A DNA stretch of 64,000 nucleotides from Epithemia pelagica (Eukaryota > Protista > Bacillariophyta), in contig OX337242.1 of NCBI GenBank assembly GCA_946965045.2, positions 1,736,001 through 1,800,000 on the forward strand. Direction: 5' to 3'. This document shows, piece after piece, positions 23,471-33,677 of the stretch (the stretch's first letter is position 1; the number at the start of each line of letters is the position of its first letter). The notes under the pieces were generated by a model, which did not search any database, was not told the DNA's origin, and saw only the letters and a list, made by a program, of their open reading frames with translations. The translations under genes were made by a program, and so were the position numbers.

Positions 23471-25621
23471 TTAAGTCATCGTCAACAGCAAAGTCACCAT
23501 GATAGTACCAAGGGTGGCAACATTGCGAATGACGTGAGCATCGGATCCACTTCCAATATCAGGGGGACTTGAAATGCAGTTTTGGCAGTTGAAGAGACCT
23601 TTGGGGTCAACCTTTGCCTTGATCTCTTGCAAGCGCTTGAGCCTCTGGGTGCCATATATAGCTTCTTGTGGAGAAAAACATTTCTCGGCCCTCTCCTCCC
23701 ATGTCCAATTGGCAGGACAAGGTTTGGTCCAATCCGACTTGATTGGCCCCGCGGCAACCGCGCCCAGATGGTTTGAGCCAAAAAGGCCAGGAAAGTCGCC
23801 ACCAACAAAATCCGTTCCACCAAATATCAGCTCAAAATATTTGGGATCCGTATCTTCCGCCCATATCATAAAACCTGCATCACGATGAGGCTGAGAAAGA
23901 GAATTTGCCTGGTCACTAGTACCATCAGCGTGTGCAAAGTACAGTACATCCACAAAAGTAGAGTAATCCAGTGCAGCCAGATCTTCAATAATATCCAGAG
24001 CCTTCTGCTTTGGAATTAGCACAGGCAAATTTTCTCCAATACCCTGGTTCCAGGTAGGTGATGGAATATCCATCCCCAAGCCTGCCAAACGATGACCTTC
24101 AGGATAAAGGATAGCCGTAACATAATCGGCTTGAATAGTGGCCGTAGTCATGTTTGCAGCGGCCCAGTCGACCAGTGCTTCTGGCAGTCCCATTTCATTT
24201 ATCATGACTGAGCGTTGTTCATTGACCCGAGTCGTCCATGCTGACATCACAGCTTCTACAGCATCTCCAAAGCAAAAGAAACCAGCACCCGCAGGTTTTC
24301 CACATTTGAGACCTTGTTCCGCGGTGACACCTGTCACTGAATCAGGATCCAACATGATGTCCAAGAAGAAACGATGCCAGACTGTTGTAAGCTTTGAGAA
24401 TGTTGGCAAGCACGTGGGTTCCGTACTATCGCAAAAATTAAAATCCTCAGTAGAAATTTCAATATACGCAACGGTCCCGGGATAGGTTTGCAACTGGAGA
24501 TGGGTCGAGACAACAATGCCCCATGTTCCGCCTCCTCCACCACGGACTGCAAACCACAAGTCATCAAAATTGATATCGTTGGCGCAAGCCTCCCAGACAT
24601 ATTCCGATTCATCATCAGTGAAAGGGTTGCTGTTACACACACCGCTAACTTTGGTTGTCTTGGGGTACCTGAATCCATCTGCGTCTTCCCATTCGGTGGG
24701 ACCAAACTTGACATGAGAACCATCCGCCAAAACCATTTCAAGTTGGAGGACTTGATCGACACCAAAACCGAATGTACGACCCATTTGGGTTCCACCCAAA
24801 CCTCCTTGCCAAGTCCATCCCATTGGAGTGACAGTCGCGGCCCCACCTCCAACAGGATGATACTTATAAACGCCAGCGTTATCATTGAAGGTCTTCACAG
24901 CTGTGTAAAACTCACCAAAGTTCTCCCCGCCTCCAACACGAATAGTGGCGGGGCAATTTCGAGCTAAGGCCAGCTTACACGCCTGATTGTCCAGATCAGC
25001 GCTAATGTCCCCATCTTCCGGGGTACATTCTTCCAAGCTGGTTGCAGAAAACTTGGGCAAGGAGGGAGTATGAATCAAGATAGTGTCTTTCTTGGTAGAA
25101 GCGCCTGCGTAACTATGACCACTGTTCTTAACAGAAAGTTCCACGCCGTTCTCGGCCGCAAAATTCACCGCTTCCACAATGTCAGAAACGGTCACTGGCT
25201 GCACTACCTTGAAAGGGAGATTGAAACGATAGTTGTTTGGATCCAGGAGTACGTCTATTGCTTCTTGTGGCGCTGGTTGACGGGGAATTCCATTGAACTC
25301 AAGAAATTCGCCATAGGTAGTTGCATTAGAGGGACTACACATTTTGTATCCACAGACTGCAAAGTGCATGCATAGTCCTGATGGTTTGGCAACGAGATCA
25401 TGTTGCGAAAGTTCCCCAATGGGAGTGTTGAGAAAGGTTTCGGTACACTCTTCAATGTATTTTGCAGTGGATGCATCCACAAGGGCACTGGAAGAACTGA
25501 GCTTTGAAGCAAGACCATCCCAGTCCAGATCCGACAGGCTGGCTTGAGCCTGGAAAATGGACGCTGACATTACAATCAGAAGGAAGGTCTTTGAAGACGA
25601 AAAAGAAATCGGGTTCAACAT
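23471..25621 (-). CDS. Secreted FAD-linked oxidoreductase, berberine-bridge-enzyme (BBE)/VAO family
   Basis: VQPVTVSDIVEAVNFA, KNSGHSYAGAS (covalent FAD His), FGVDQVLQLEMVLADG, DLWFAVRGGGGGTWGIV and BBE tail YGTQRLKRLQEIKAKVDPKGLF. Has a signal peptide and a hydrophobic C-terminus. Confidence 0.9.
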   Translation of the reverse strand: MLNPISFSSSKTFLLIVMSASIFQAQASLSDLDWDGLASKLSSSSALVDASTAKYIEECTETFLNTPIGELSQHDLVAKPSGLCMHFAVCGYKMCSPSNATTYGEFLEFNGIPRQPAPQEAIDVLLDPNNYRFNLPFKVVQPVTVSDIVEAVNFAAENGVELSVKNSGHSYAGASTKKDTILIHTPSLPKFSATSLEECTPEDGDISADLDNQACKLALARNCPATIRVGGGENFGEFYTAVKTFNDNAGVYKYHPVGGGAATVTPMGWTWQGGLGGTQMGRTFGFGVDQVLQLEMVLADGSHVKFGPTEWEDADGFRYPKTTKVSGVCNSNPFTDDESEYVWEACANDINFDDLWFAVRGGGGGTWGIVVSTHLQLQTYPGTVAYIEISTEDFNFCDSTEPTCLPTFSKLTTVWHRFFLDIMLDPDSVTGVTAEQGLKCGKPAGAGFFCFGDAVEAVMSAWTTRVNEQRSVMINEMGLPEALVDWAAANMTTATIQADYVTAILYPEGHRLAGLGMDIPSPTWNQGIGENLPVLIPKQKALDIIEDLAALDYSTFVDVLYFAHADGTSDQANSLSQPHRDAGFMIWAEDTDPKYFELIFGGTDFVGGDFPGLFGSNHLGAVAAGPIKSDWTKPCPANWTWEERAEKCFSPQEAIYGTQRLKRLQEIKAKVDPKGLFNCQNCISSPPDIGSGSDAHVIRNVATLGTIMVTLLLTMT

Positions 25622-26288
25622 GGTCCGGTGAAGAATGCTAGTATGTTTCTGAGAATTTTAGAAGACTTTCAAAGGTTAGCTTGGGTATTTTCAACTTTCA
25701 AGATAACAAAGAAGCCTCCCACAAATTGTTTGTAACAAGAGCAAATGAAAGCTCGATATTGTGCAACAATTCTGCGTACCTTTCGAGACTCCCAATCCAG
25801 CAAGCAATCGGCCAGAAAGAAGAAGCGAAGATTTGCTTGTTTCAACGCTTTGTTTGAAAGATTTTTGAGATCATCAATGATTGCGATGTGTCTTTGAAGA
25901 TTGCACAAAATGACCGAGTGCGATCGCAGTTTGTGTCGTTCGGGCGAGAGAGCATTACCAGTTTCATGGCCGGCAACCAAGGCAATCCCATTCAACTCAC
26001 CAGTGATTCGGCTACCGATTGGATCTTTTCCGCGACACAATTTCCGCAATCTCTCGGCCGTCGACCGGACCGAACCGTGGTACCCATGCGATCATTTTTC
26101 ATTTTGGCTTCGGGAGAACAATGCAACCACGCATCTCCATCCGTTTCGAGATAGTTCAATCCCTCTGGTCCTGTGGGTTTCAGCCCTCGCACATCAACAT
26201 TAACGGATTTACTTCTTTTCATCATCGTCGTCATCATCGTCAGGAATGAGTTTGTCCGGATCTTCATCCAAAAGTTCGGCCAATTCTT

Positions 26289-26357
26289 CCCGGGTACGGC
26301 CCGGAAACTGGAATGCACCAAGGTTTCATCCAAATCCAAGACCAAACACTTTTTGGT
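26289..26357 (-). pseudogene. Isolated 23-codon fragment of a CTD small phosphatase (SCP/NIF, HAD family)
   Basis: Reads TKKCLVLDLDETLVHSSFRAVPG (DxDxT motif I), is preceded by ttctAG, and has no downstream continuation of the family sequence. Confidence 0.75.
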
Positions 26358-26515
26358 CTAGAATATCCGAAGTCAACTCGAGCGCTTTTTGCTTCTTCTT
26401 TTTTTCTCCTTCTTTTTTCCCCTCTTCTTCTGCCAGATCCCCCTATATTTTCATTCCGACAATTGAGCCGATCCGGATACTCACGGAGCTCTCGCCATCG
26501 AAGATTTTGCCACAG

Positions 26516-26628
26516 CAAGAAAGGCGACTGATATTAAGCGAGTTTTGGGCGAGTAGCTAACCCATGAGGGACGCGTAGCTTAATGCTCACTATTCTAGTT
26601 TTTCACTTGGTATCACACGCGTAATTTG
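26516..26628 (+). repeat. 5' LTR of copia element 1 (113 bp)
   Basis: Base-for-base identical to 32628-32740; begins CAAGAAAGG and ends GTAATTTG. Confidence 0.97.
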
Positions 26629-26642
26629 GTTTATCAGACCCA
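26629..26642 (+). promoter_or_regulatory. Putative primer-binding site complementary to a tRNA anticodon arm (anticodon GAU)
   Basis: GTTTATCAGACCCA directly follows the 5' LTR. Its reverse complement UGGGU-CUGAUAA-AC forms an anticodon stem, a 7-nt loop and positions 39-40. Confidence 0.6.
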
Positions 26643-27060
26643 TCTGCATTAACCGATGAAGGAGATGTCACACCACCATGGCCTGGGAAGGTCGCGAAAT
26701 ATCTAGATCATTCGCTTGGAAGAATGACTGCCCTAGGTTGGATACCTGTACTCCCTTTCATCTCACTAATATCTCGCCTGCAACGGGGCTCGAGATGGAT
26801 GATTGTGGTGTGTGGTCAGCGTATGCGCACACACCGGGCAATGGCGGACGCGCCGCACATCCTGCCGTTGAAGGATGCCGCTATACGGACATGTCCATTA
26901 CTTAAATGGCGTGCGCCGTCCTAGCACCTTACGCAAGCACTCCAACTCCGATTCTACCGCTCGCTCGCAAGTAGAATACAGACCATGAAGTGAAAATTCC
27001 CCCAAAACTAATGAAGCTCACTTCGCTGGAAAGTCCGAACAAGTCCGAAAAAGAAGAACA

Positions 27061-28476
27061 ATGGCAGCACCGAATCCTATGCAACTACTGAACATGTATT
27101 TGGATGTCGTCCTGCAGATTAACGATCCAGCAGTTCGTACTGCTCTCAATGGTCAAGGCCTAACCTCCGTCTACGACTTTGAAGCCCTCAGCGAGGCAGA
27201 CGTCGCCGAAATTTGTACCAACGCTCGTAAACCTGGTGGCCTCATCCCCAACCCTGATCCGGCTGGAGTGCCAGCAATGATAGCTAATCCAGGAGTCCTC
27301 ATCGGGCACCTGGTTGAAAAGAAACTCAAGATGCTCCGTTACTACATCGTTCACATTGGGAAAATCAATCGCACTTTCGCTGCAGTTCCACCTACGATGA
27401 ATGACTTGACCCTGTTGTATCGGTTCAAAGAAGCTGAAGACGAGTATGACAACGAAGTTGAACTACCTGGGAAACTCAGCAGTGTTGATAATATTCGAGT
27501 CGTTCTTGAAGATTTGGATAACTATTTGGAACGCAAGCGTGGAGCAACTGGAATTCCCCTTGCTGCCTATGTGAGAGAAAACCCCGACGTCCAACCGGAA
27601 ACGACAGATCCAAATGGGTTTGGCACCCCAACCATTTTAGCTGAAATGATTCGGCGCGCATCGCACCAAGGCCCTACAGCAACCACCGACATGGTTGCCG
27701 TATGGGAAGTAATTCGACATATTACTCATGACGGTCCTGGCTGGGGATGGGTGATGTCCTTCGCCCGCACCCGCAATGGACGTGCTGCATACTTGGCCCT
27801 TAAGACGCACTACCTAGGTGACGCCTTTCAGTCTCGTCTCCGAGCCAAAGCCGATCAGATCTTGGAAAGCACCTACTTCGACGGTTCCAAACGCAACTTC
27901 ACATATGAACGATATATCGAAACATTGCAACGTGCCTTTACGGATCTCGAATCCACAGGCGAAAACGTCAGTGAGGAAAGAAAAGTTAGAATCTTGATGA
28001 CTGGTACCTCAGATTCTCGGCTTGAAAGCGCTAAGAATCAAATCTTGGCGACGCCATTCTTGCGTTCAACCTTCGAGAACGCATCTAATTTCCTTGCAGA
28101 AGTATTGGACAGCAAGGTATCCTACAGCGCAGCAAGTAGGAAACAAGCAAGAATCTCTGGAGTATCGACTTCTAAACCGAATAAAGGAAGTGGAAAGAAG
28201 AATGAAAATAAGAAAGAGAGAGAAGTCACTGATCGCTATTATAAACCCAATGAATGGGCTAAGTTAAGCGGAGAAGAGCGTCAAAGGGTACGAGACGCAA
28301 GAGAAAAGCGTGACAAGAGGCGTGGAGTTGGAGCAATCTCAAGCAAATCCAACAAGAACCCGCGTACCAATGGAGACGAAACACCCAACATTTCGGATGA
28401 ATCGTCTGATGGTCATGATAACGACACAAAGGGTGTCGGCGCTATCATGAGCCAACGTAAGAAGAGAAGCGTTTGA
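27061..28476 (+). CDS. gag: Gag of copia element 1
   Basis: 471-aa ORF after the LTR/PBS with CoDi-type motifs (GIPLAAYVRE, RTRNGRAAYLALKTHYLG, YFDG..RNFTYERYI). Confidence 0.9.
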   Translation: MAAPNPMQLLNMYLDVVLQINDPAVRTALNGQGLTSVYDFEALSEADVAEICTNARKPGGLIPNPDPAGVPAMIANPGVLIGHLVEKKLKMLRYYIVHIGKINRTFAAVPPTMNDLTLLYRFKEAEDEYDNEVELPGKLSSVDNIRVVLEDLDNYLERKRGATGIPLAAYVRENPDVQPETTDPNGFGTPTILAEMIRRASHQGPTATTDMVAVWEVIRHITHDGPGWGWVMSFARTRNGRAAYLALKTHYLGDAFQSRLRAKADQILESTYFDGSKRNFTYERYIETLQRAFTDLESTGENVSEERKVRILMTGTSDSRLESAKNQILATPFLRSTFENASNFLAEVLDSKVSYSAASRKQARISGVSTSKPNKGSGKKNENKKEREVTDRYYKPNEWAKLSGEERQRVRDAREKRDKRRGVGAISSKSNKNPRTNGDETPNISDESSDGHDNDTKGVGAIMSQRKKRSV

Positions 28477-31400
28477 CACAATGTGATGTCTGCAACAACT
28501 TCTCGTGAGATTTCGGTTCCCCTAATCCGGTGTGAACTCGACAGTCATGCCGACACTTGCTGTCTGGGCAACTGTTACGTTCTGTATCAGACCGATACGG
28601 CAGACGTCAGTGGTTTTGTTGAGAGTCTGGGAAAGATTAAAGAGGCCAGCGTCATTACTGGTGTTTTAGCATATGATGATCCAGAGACTGGCCAAACGTT
28701 CCTCCTTTATTTCCACCAAGCTCTACACTTGCCGCAATTAAAAGACAAGTGCCTTCTTAATCCGAATCAAATGCGGGAGGCGGGGATTGAAGTCAATGAT
28801 ATCCCTTTGAAGTACTTGAAACCAGGGGACCGAAATGAAAGATCCCACAGCATCATTGCAAGGGATACAGAAATGGAAGAATTGCGAATCCCTCTCGACC
28901 TAATCGGCGTCTTAAGCCAATTTCGCACACGTAAGCCCACGAAGGAGGAGATTGATTCAATCGATCCTTCCTTTCGTATTGACATGACGAATGAACGACC
29001 CGAGTGGCAACCGAATGACTCAACACCAGATGTTGATGAAAGAACACTCAGGGAATCGATACAGACGAACGTAGTAAATGCAACACGTGAGCGGACGATC
29101 AATCTCGCAATGACCAAGACTCTCCAAGTCAACAATCGCGCCATCCATGTCCACGTCTCAGACATTGGACATAGGCGAAAGGGGACAGTACGTCCGAATG
29201 AATTGGCACAACGATGGAATATTGGACTCCCCAGTGCAGAACGGACGTTCAATCAGACGACACAACTTGGTGTCCGTGAATTCACCGATCGAGGCGGCAG
29301 TCGACGTTTGAAACATACCGCATACCAATTGCGACATCGTCGATTACGAGCAGACGTGTACACTGACACTCTGTTCTCAGAGACCAAGTCTCTTGATCAA
29401 AATACATGCGGGCAAATATTCGCTACGGACTTTGGTTGGGTGCATTTTATCCCTATGAGAAAGAAAAGTGAAGCACCGACAACATTGCCAGCTGTCTTTG
29501 ACAGCTATGGCATCTTCAACCACATTATTCCAGACAATGCACCAGAACTAACCTCGCAAGAATTTCGGAAGGTAGCCCACAAGTACGGGTGCCGGATAAA
29601 ACCAGTGGAAGCATGGACGCCCAACCAAAACCTGGCTGAGGCCAATATTAGAGAATCAAAGCGTCTCTACCGCAGAGAAATGAGACGCAGCAATGCGCCA
29701 TCAGTACTCTGGGACCACTGTCTCATGCTGATGGCGGAGCGACGCTCCCATACGAGCTTTGGAAGTAATGTCAACGGTCCGCCCATTCAGCAACTCACTG
29801 GAGATACTCCGGACATTTCCCACTTGGTGGAGCATCGATGGTTCGATTTTGTGTGGTATAGTAACCCTGGTTTTGAGGGACGTAAACTCGGACGCTGGTT
29901 GGGTCCAAGTCATACGGTGGGTCAGGCAATGTGCGCAAAAAGGGCAAGATCGTGCATCGCACCTCTGTCTGGCCAATCAACAGAGATCTACAAATGGATG
30001 ATGCTCACAAAGCACAACAAACCACATATATGGAAAATTTACAAGCGGCCCTTGGTGACAGAATGGCGGGTATTCTGATTGATGCAGATGATGAACATGA
30101 TGCGGATACTCCCACGTTCGAAGCTTATGAAGACGACGAGCAGCCGGATGTTCGCATGCCGGAAGCAGATGATTATGCACCAGATGCATACGATAAACTC
30201 ATCTCTGCAAAAGTCATGTTGCCCCTAGGTGATGATCAACGAAAGGGGACTGTTCGGAGACGGAAACGAGACGCAGAAGGTCGAGTCCTCGGACACGCAT
30301 CGTCCAATCCATACTTGGACACAACACTTTACGAAGTCGAATTCGATGATGGCCATGTGCAATCCTATGCTGCCAACATTATAGCTGAAAATATTTACGA
30401 ACAGCTCGATGATGAGGGCAATCTATATCGAATGGTTGAAGAGATTACTGATCACAAGTCTGATAAAACGGCTGTTCCTCTCTCAGAGGGAGAATTCGAA
30501 TTGAACGGTCGCAAGCATAAGAAGAAGACCACTAGAGGATGGTCCTTATGCGTGCAATGGAAAGATGGCTCTTCAAGTTGGGAAGCCTTGAAGGATCTCA
30601 AGGAGTCGTATCCAATTGAAGTCGCTGAGTATGCGGTTGCGAACAAGATCGAGAAACAACCTGCATTCGCATGGTGGGTACCATTCACCCTCCGAAGGAG
30701 AACGAGGCTGATCAAAGCCGCCAAGATGACAAGATATATGCGTCAATCCCAAAAATACGGCATTGAGGTCCCCAAAACAGTAGAACGAGCACTCCAAATT
30801 GATCGTGAAACTGGCACGGACTATTGGCGAAAAGCTCTGAAACTGGAGATGTCGAAGATTTTTCCTGCTGTCAATATCTTGGACGACGGCGTAAATGAAC
30901 CAGTGGGGTATCAGGTAATCCCTTGTCACATCGTCTTTGATGTCAAGATGGATTTCACCCGAAAGGCCAGATATGTGGCCGGAGGACACAAAACTGAAGA
31001 GCCTGAGGCGCCCACATACGCAAGCGTCGTCAGTCGTGAAAGTGTGCGTATTGGATTTATGCTAGCGGCACTCAATGGATTGGAGATTCAAGCGGCTGAT
31101 ATTGCTGGTGCATACCTTAATGCTCCATGCCTTGAAAAGGTTTGCACACGGTGTGGTTTAGAATTCGGCACCGAGTACCAAGGTCGGATTGCGATTATAA
31201 CAAAGGCACTCTACGGCCTAAAGACTAGCGCCTACGCCTGGCGTGATCTCCTGTCCACAACCCTACAAGAAGACTTGGGCTATTTCCCATGCCGTGCTGA
31301 TCCTGACTGCTATTTGAGGAAAGCGACGAAAGGCAATGGAGAGCGTTATTACGAAATGCTATTCGTCTATACCGACGATATATTGATCATCTCTCACAAA

Positions 31401-32447
31401 CCAAAGGAGTCGCTCACAATGCTGGATCACCATTACTTACTGAAACCGGATTCGATTGGCGTTCCAAAGTATTATTTGGGATCCCAGGTACAAACATTTG
31501 ATATCAATAACGACGCTTCACAGCGATGTTGGGCGTTGAGTTCAGAGAAATATGCGAAAGCTGCCATAACGAATGTTGTATCATGGCTGGAAGACCGAGA
31601 TCGTAAACTGAAAACACGAGCTCCAAGTGTCTTGCCCAGTGGATATCGTCCTGAGTTGGACACAACCCCATATTGTGATCCTGAATTAATGTCGTTCTAC
31701 CAGCAGCAGATGGGCGTACTCCGTTGGCTAGTTGAATTGGGACGTATTGACATCGCTGCAGAGGTTTCAATGTTGGCTGGATTCTTAGCCGGCCCCAGAG
31801 AAGGTCATGTGGAGGCAATGCTGCACCTCTTTGCATACCTCAAGCTACATGAGCGTTCACAGCTGATCATGGACCCGTTGTATATTGAACTTGGTGATGA
31901 ACCGACAAGCGACTGGTCAGGTTTCTATCCAGGAGCCACGGAAGAAATACCTCCAGATGCACCCGAACCTTTAGGCAAGGCTGTCCAGATGACGGTCTTT
32001 GTCGACTCTGACCATGCAGGTGACCTCTTGACACGACGGTCCAGAACAGGAGTGCTTATCTATTTGAATAGAGCACCGATCTCATGGTACAGCAAGAAGC
32101 AAACCAGTGTCGAAACTTCGACTTTTGGTTCCGAATTTATGGCTCTCAAGGTTGGTGTGGAGATGCTGAAAGGATTACGGTACAAATTGAGAATGATGGG
32201 CATTCCTTTGGATGGACATGCACACGTGAGAGTAGACAACATGTCGGTCGTCTACAACAGTTCCTTACCAGAATCGACATTGCGCAAGAAGTCCAATTCA
32301 GTTGCGTATCACTTTGTACGAGAGAACGTTGCCAATGGGACATGCAAGATTGCGTTTGAGCCTTCCAAGACGAATCTAGCGGACTTGCTTACTAAGATTC
32401 AGACTGGTCCGGAACGAACAAGGTTGGCACAATTGATTCTGTTCTAA
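28477..32447 (+). CDS. pol: Pol (PR-IN-RT-RNase H) of copia element 1, in frame with gag beyond a TGA; frameshift at ~29937-29941
   Basis: PR ELDSHADTCC; IN VYTDTLF, PDNAPEL and QNLAEANIRE; RT ADIAGAYLNA, LYGLKTSA and YTDDIL; RH VDSDHAG, EFMAL, DNMSV and NLADLLTK. Confidence 0.92.
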
Positions 32448-32627
32448 TGCAACCCCGGAGTACGTTTCCCGCCCGACAAAGGGGACTGGGTACGTCCTGC
32501 ACGCCATACAGGGGCGCTCAAAAGCAGGTGTGGAGGAGATGGAAGAAGATATATGTTGATGTGATATTATGAAGTTGGCAAAATGTGACTATATCGTGAT
32601 GGTCCGACATAGCAATTGTGAGGGGAC

Positions 32628-32740
32628 CAAGAAAGGCGACTGATATTAAGCGAGTTTTGGGCGAGTAGCTAACCCATGAGGGACGCGTAGCTTAATGCTC
32701 ACTATTCTAGTTTTTCACTTGGTATCACACGCGTAATTTG
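32628..32740 (+). repeat. 3' LTR of copia element 1 (113 bp)
   Basis: Identical to the 5' LTR, preceded by the PPT and followed by TSD ACAG. Confidence 0.97.
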
Positions 32741-32900
32741 ACAGTCTTGCCAAATGGCAAGAAGATCTTGCGTTTGGGCATCGGTAAGATGTTCTTGTTG
32801 ATTAATCAACTCTTGTAGATCCGTAGGACAAAAAGGGTGAAACTCTTTTGGCCTTGCAATGGAAAAAGCCAAGAAATTGAAGATTCGGTGAACCAACTCT
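32741..32900 (-). pseudogene. Gypsy-like pol relic (pre-RT linker) interrupted by copia element 1; continues at 26515 leftwards
   Basis: Removing the element and one TSD copy restores PTDLQELINQQEHLTDAQTQDLLAIWQDC|GKIFDGE. This resembles the HL..Q...L..LL......FDG segment that I recall preceding RT in diatom gypsy elements. Confidence 0.5.
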
Positions 32901-32966
32901 TTCGTCGATGTGAAAACGACAAAAATGAGAGTCTTAAATGGGTGAATGAAGGACTATAGAAAGTAG

Positions 32967-33179
32967 TATTATTGTTATTGTTATTGTTATTGTTGTTGTT
33001 GTTGTTGTTGTTATTGTTATTGTTATTGTTAATCATTGTTATTGTTATTGTTATTGTTATTGTTATTGTTATTGTTATTGTTATTGTTATTGTTATTGTT
33101 GTTATTGTTGTTATTGTTGTTATTGTTGTTATTGTTGTTATTGTTGTTATTGTTATTGTTATTGTTATTGTTATTGTTG
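32967..33179. repeat. Compound microsatellite (ATTGTT)n / (GTT)n, ~210 bp
   Basis: Directly visible tandem array. Confidence 0.97.
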
Positions 33180-33204
33180 CTGTGTGTTTTTTGGGGCGTT
33201 GGGG

Positions 33205-33677
33205 CCGGGTGACCGTTTAGACAGTCTAAAATATTTCGGGTCTAAAATAAATCTAAAAGTACTTTTAGACTGTATAAAATGTCTAAAACAGGGTCTAAAA
33301 TCTCACCGTGGTTTTGTATGGCGAAGTAATAACCCTAACCCTAGACAGACAGCTACCAGGAGCGAGCATTGTCTATGACAACACATCCAGAGGACCTCAT
33401 AGCTTCATCATCTAAGTTATTGGATGGTATGTATGACATTGTTGTTGCACTCTCTAAGCATGAGAGAGGATAACTGAGACCTTACTTTGTTCATTGAGAT
33501 GTCATTGAGATGAATGAGGCAGAACGGTCTCGTACTCACGCAGTGGTGGCGGCGCTACTGAAGGGTTAAGGTTAGGAGTCTAAAAATTTTATTTTAGACT
33601 CGACCTCTGTCTAAAATAATTATACCCTTTTAGACCGGGTCTAAAAGTGAGGGTATAATTAGACTCCGGTCACCCTG
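33205..33677. mobile_element. Putative ~470-bp MITE (hAT-like TIR CAGGGTGACCG) with subterminal TTTTAGAC/GTCTAAAA arrays
   Basis: Left end CCGGGTGACCG and right end CGGTCACCCTG (10/11 inverted match). Many GTCTAAAA/TTTTAGAC motifs at both ends and no ORF. The TSD is only partial (GTTGG on both sides). Confidence 0.65.

Larger units (their letters stand above)
26516..32740 (+). mobile_element. Ty1/copia LTR retrotransposon (CoDi-like) element 1, full length, with identical LTRs and a 4-bp TSD (ACAG)
   Basis: 113-bp LTRs at 26516-26628 and 32628-32740. ACAG at 26512-26515 and 32741-32744. Domain order gag, PR, IN, RT, RH. PPT GAGGGGA at 32620-32626. Confidence 0.97.

Noticed and set aside
26608-26615. 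TGGTATCA resembling the canonical tRNAiMet PBS (TGGTATCAGAGC)
   Set aside because: It lies inside the repeated LTR (present in both copies) and diverges after 8 nt.
29930-29950. Programmed -1 frameshift in the copia 1 integrase (A AAA AGG)
   Set aside because: Not an X XXY YYZ heptamer, and located mid-integrase; a deletion or consensus error is more likely.
32806-33220. ORFs encoding poly-N or poly-L/VI peptides
   Set aside because: Translation artefacts of the microsatellite.
33325-33580. Telomere or chromosome-end signal (TAACCC/GGGTTA)
   Set aside because: Only about two units each, internal to a MITE-like element.
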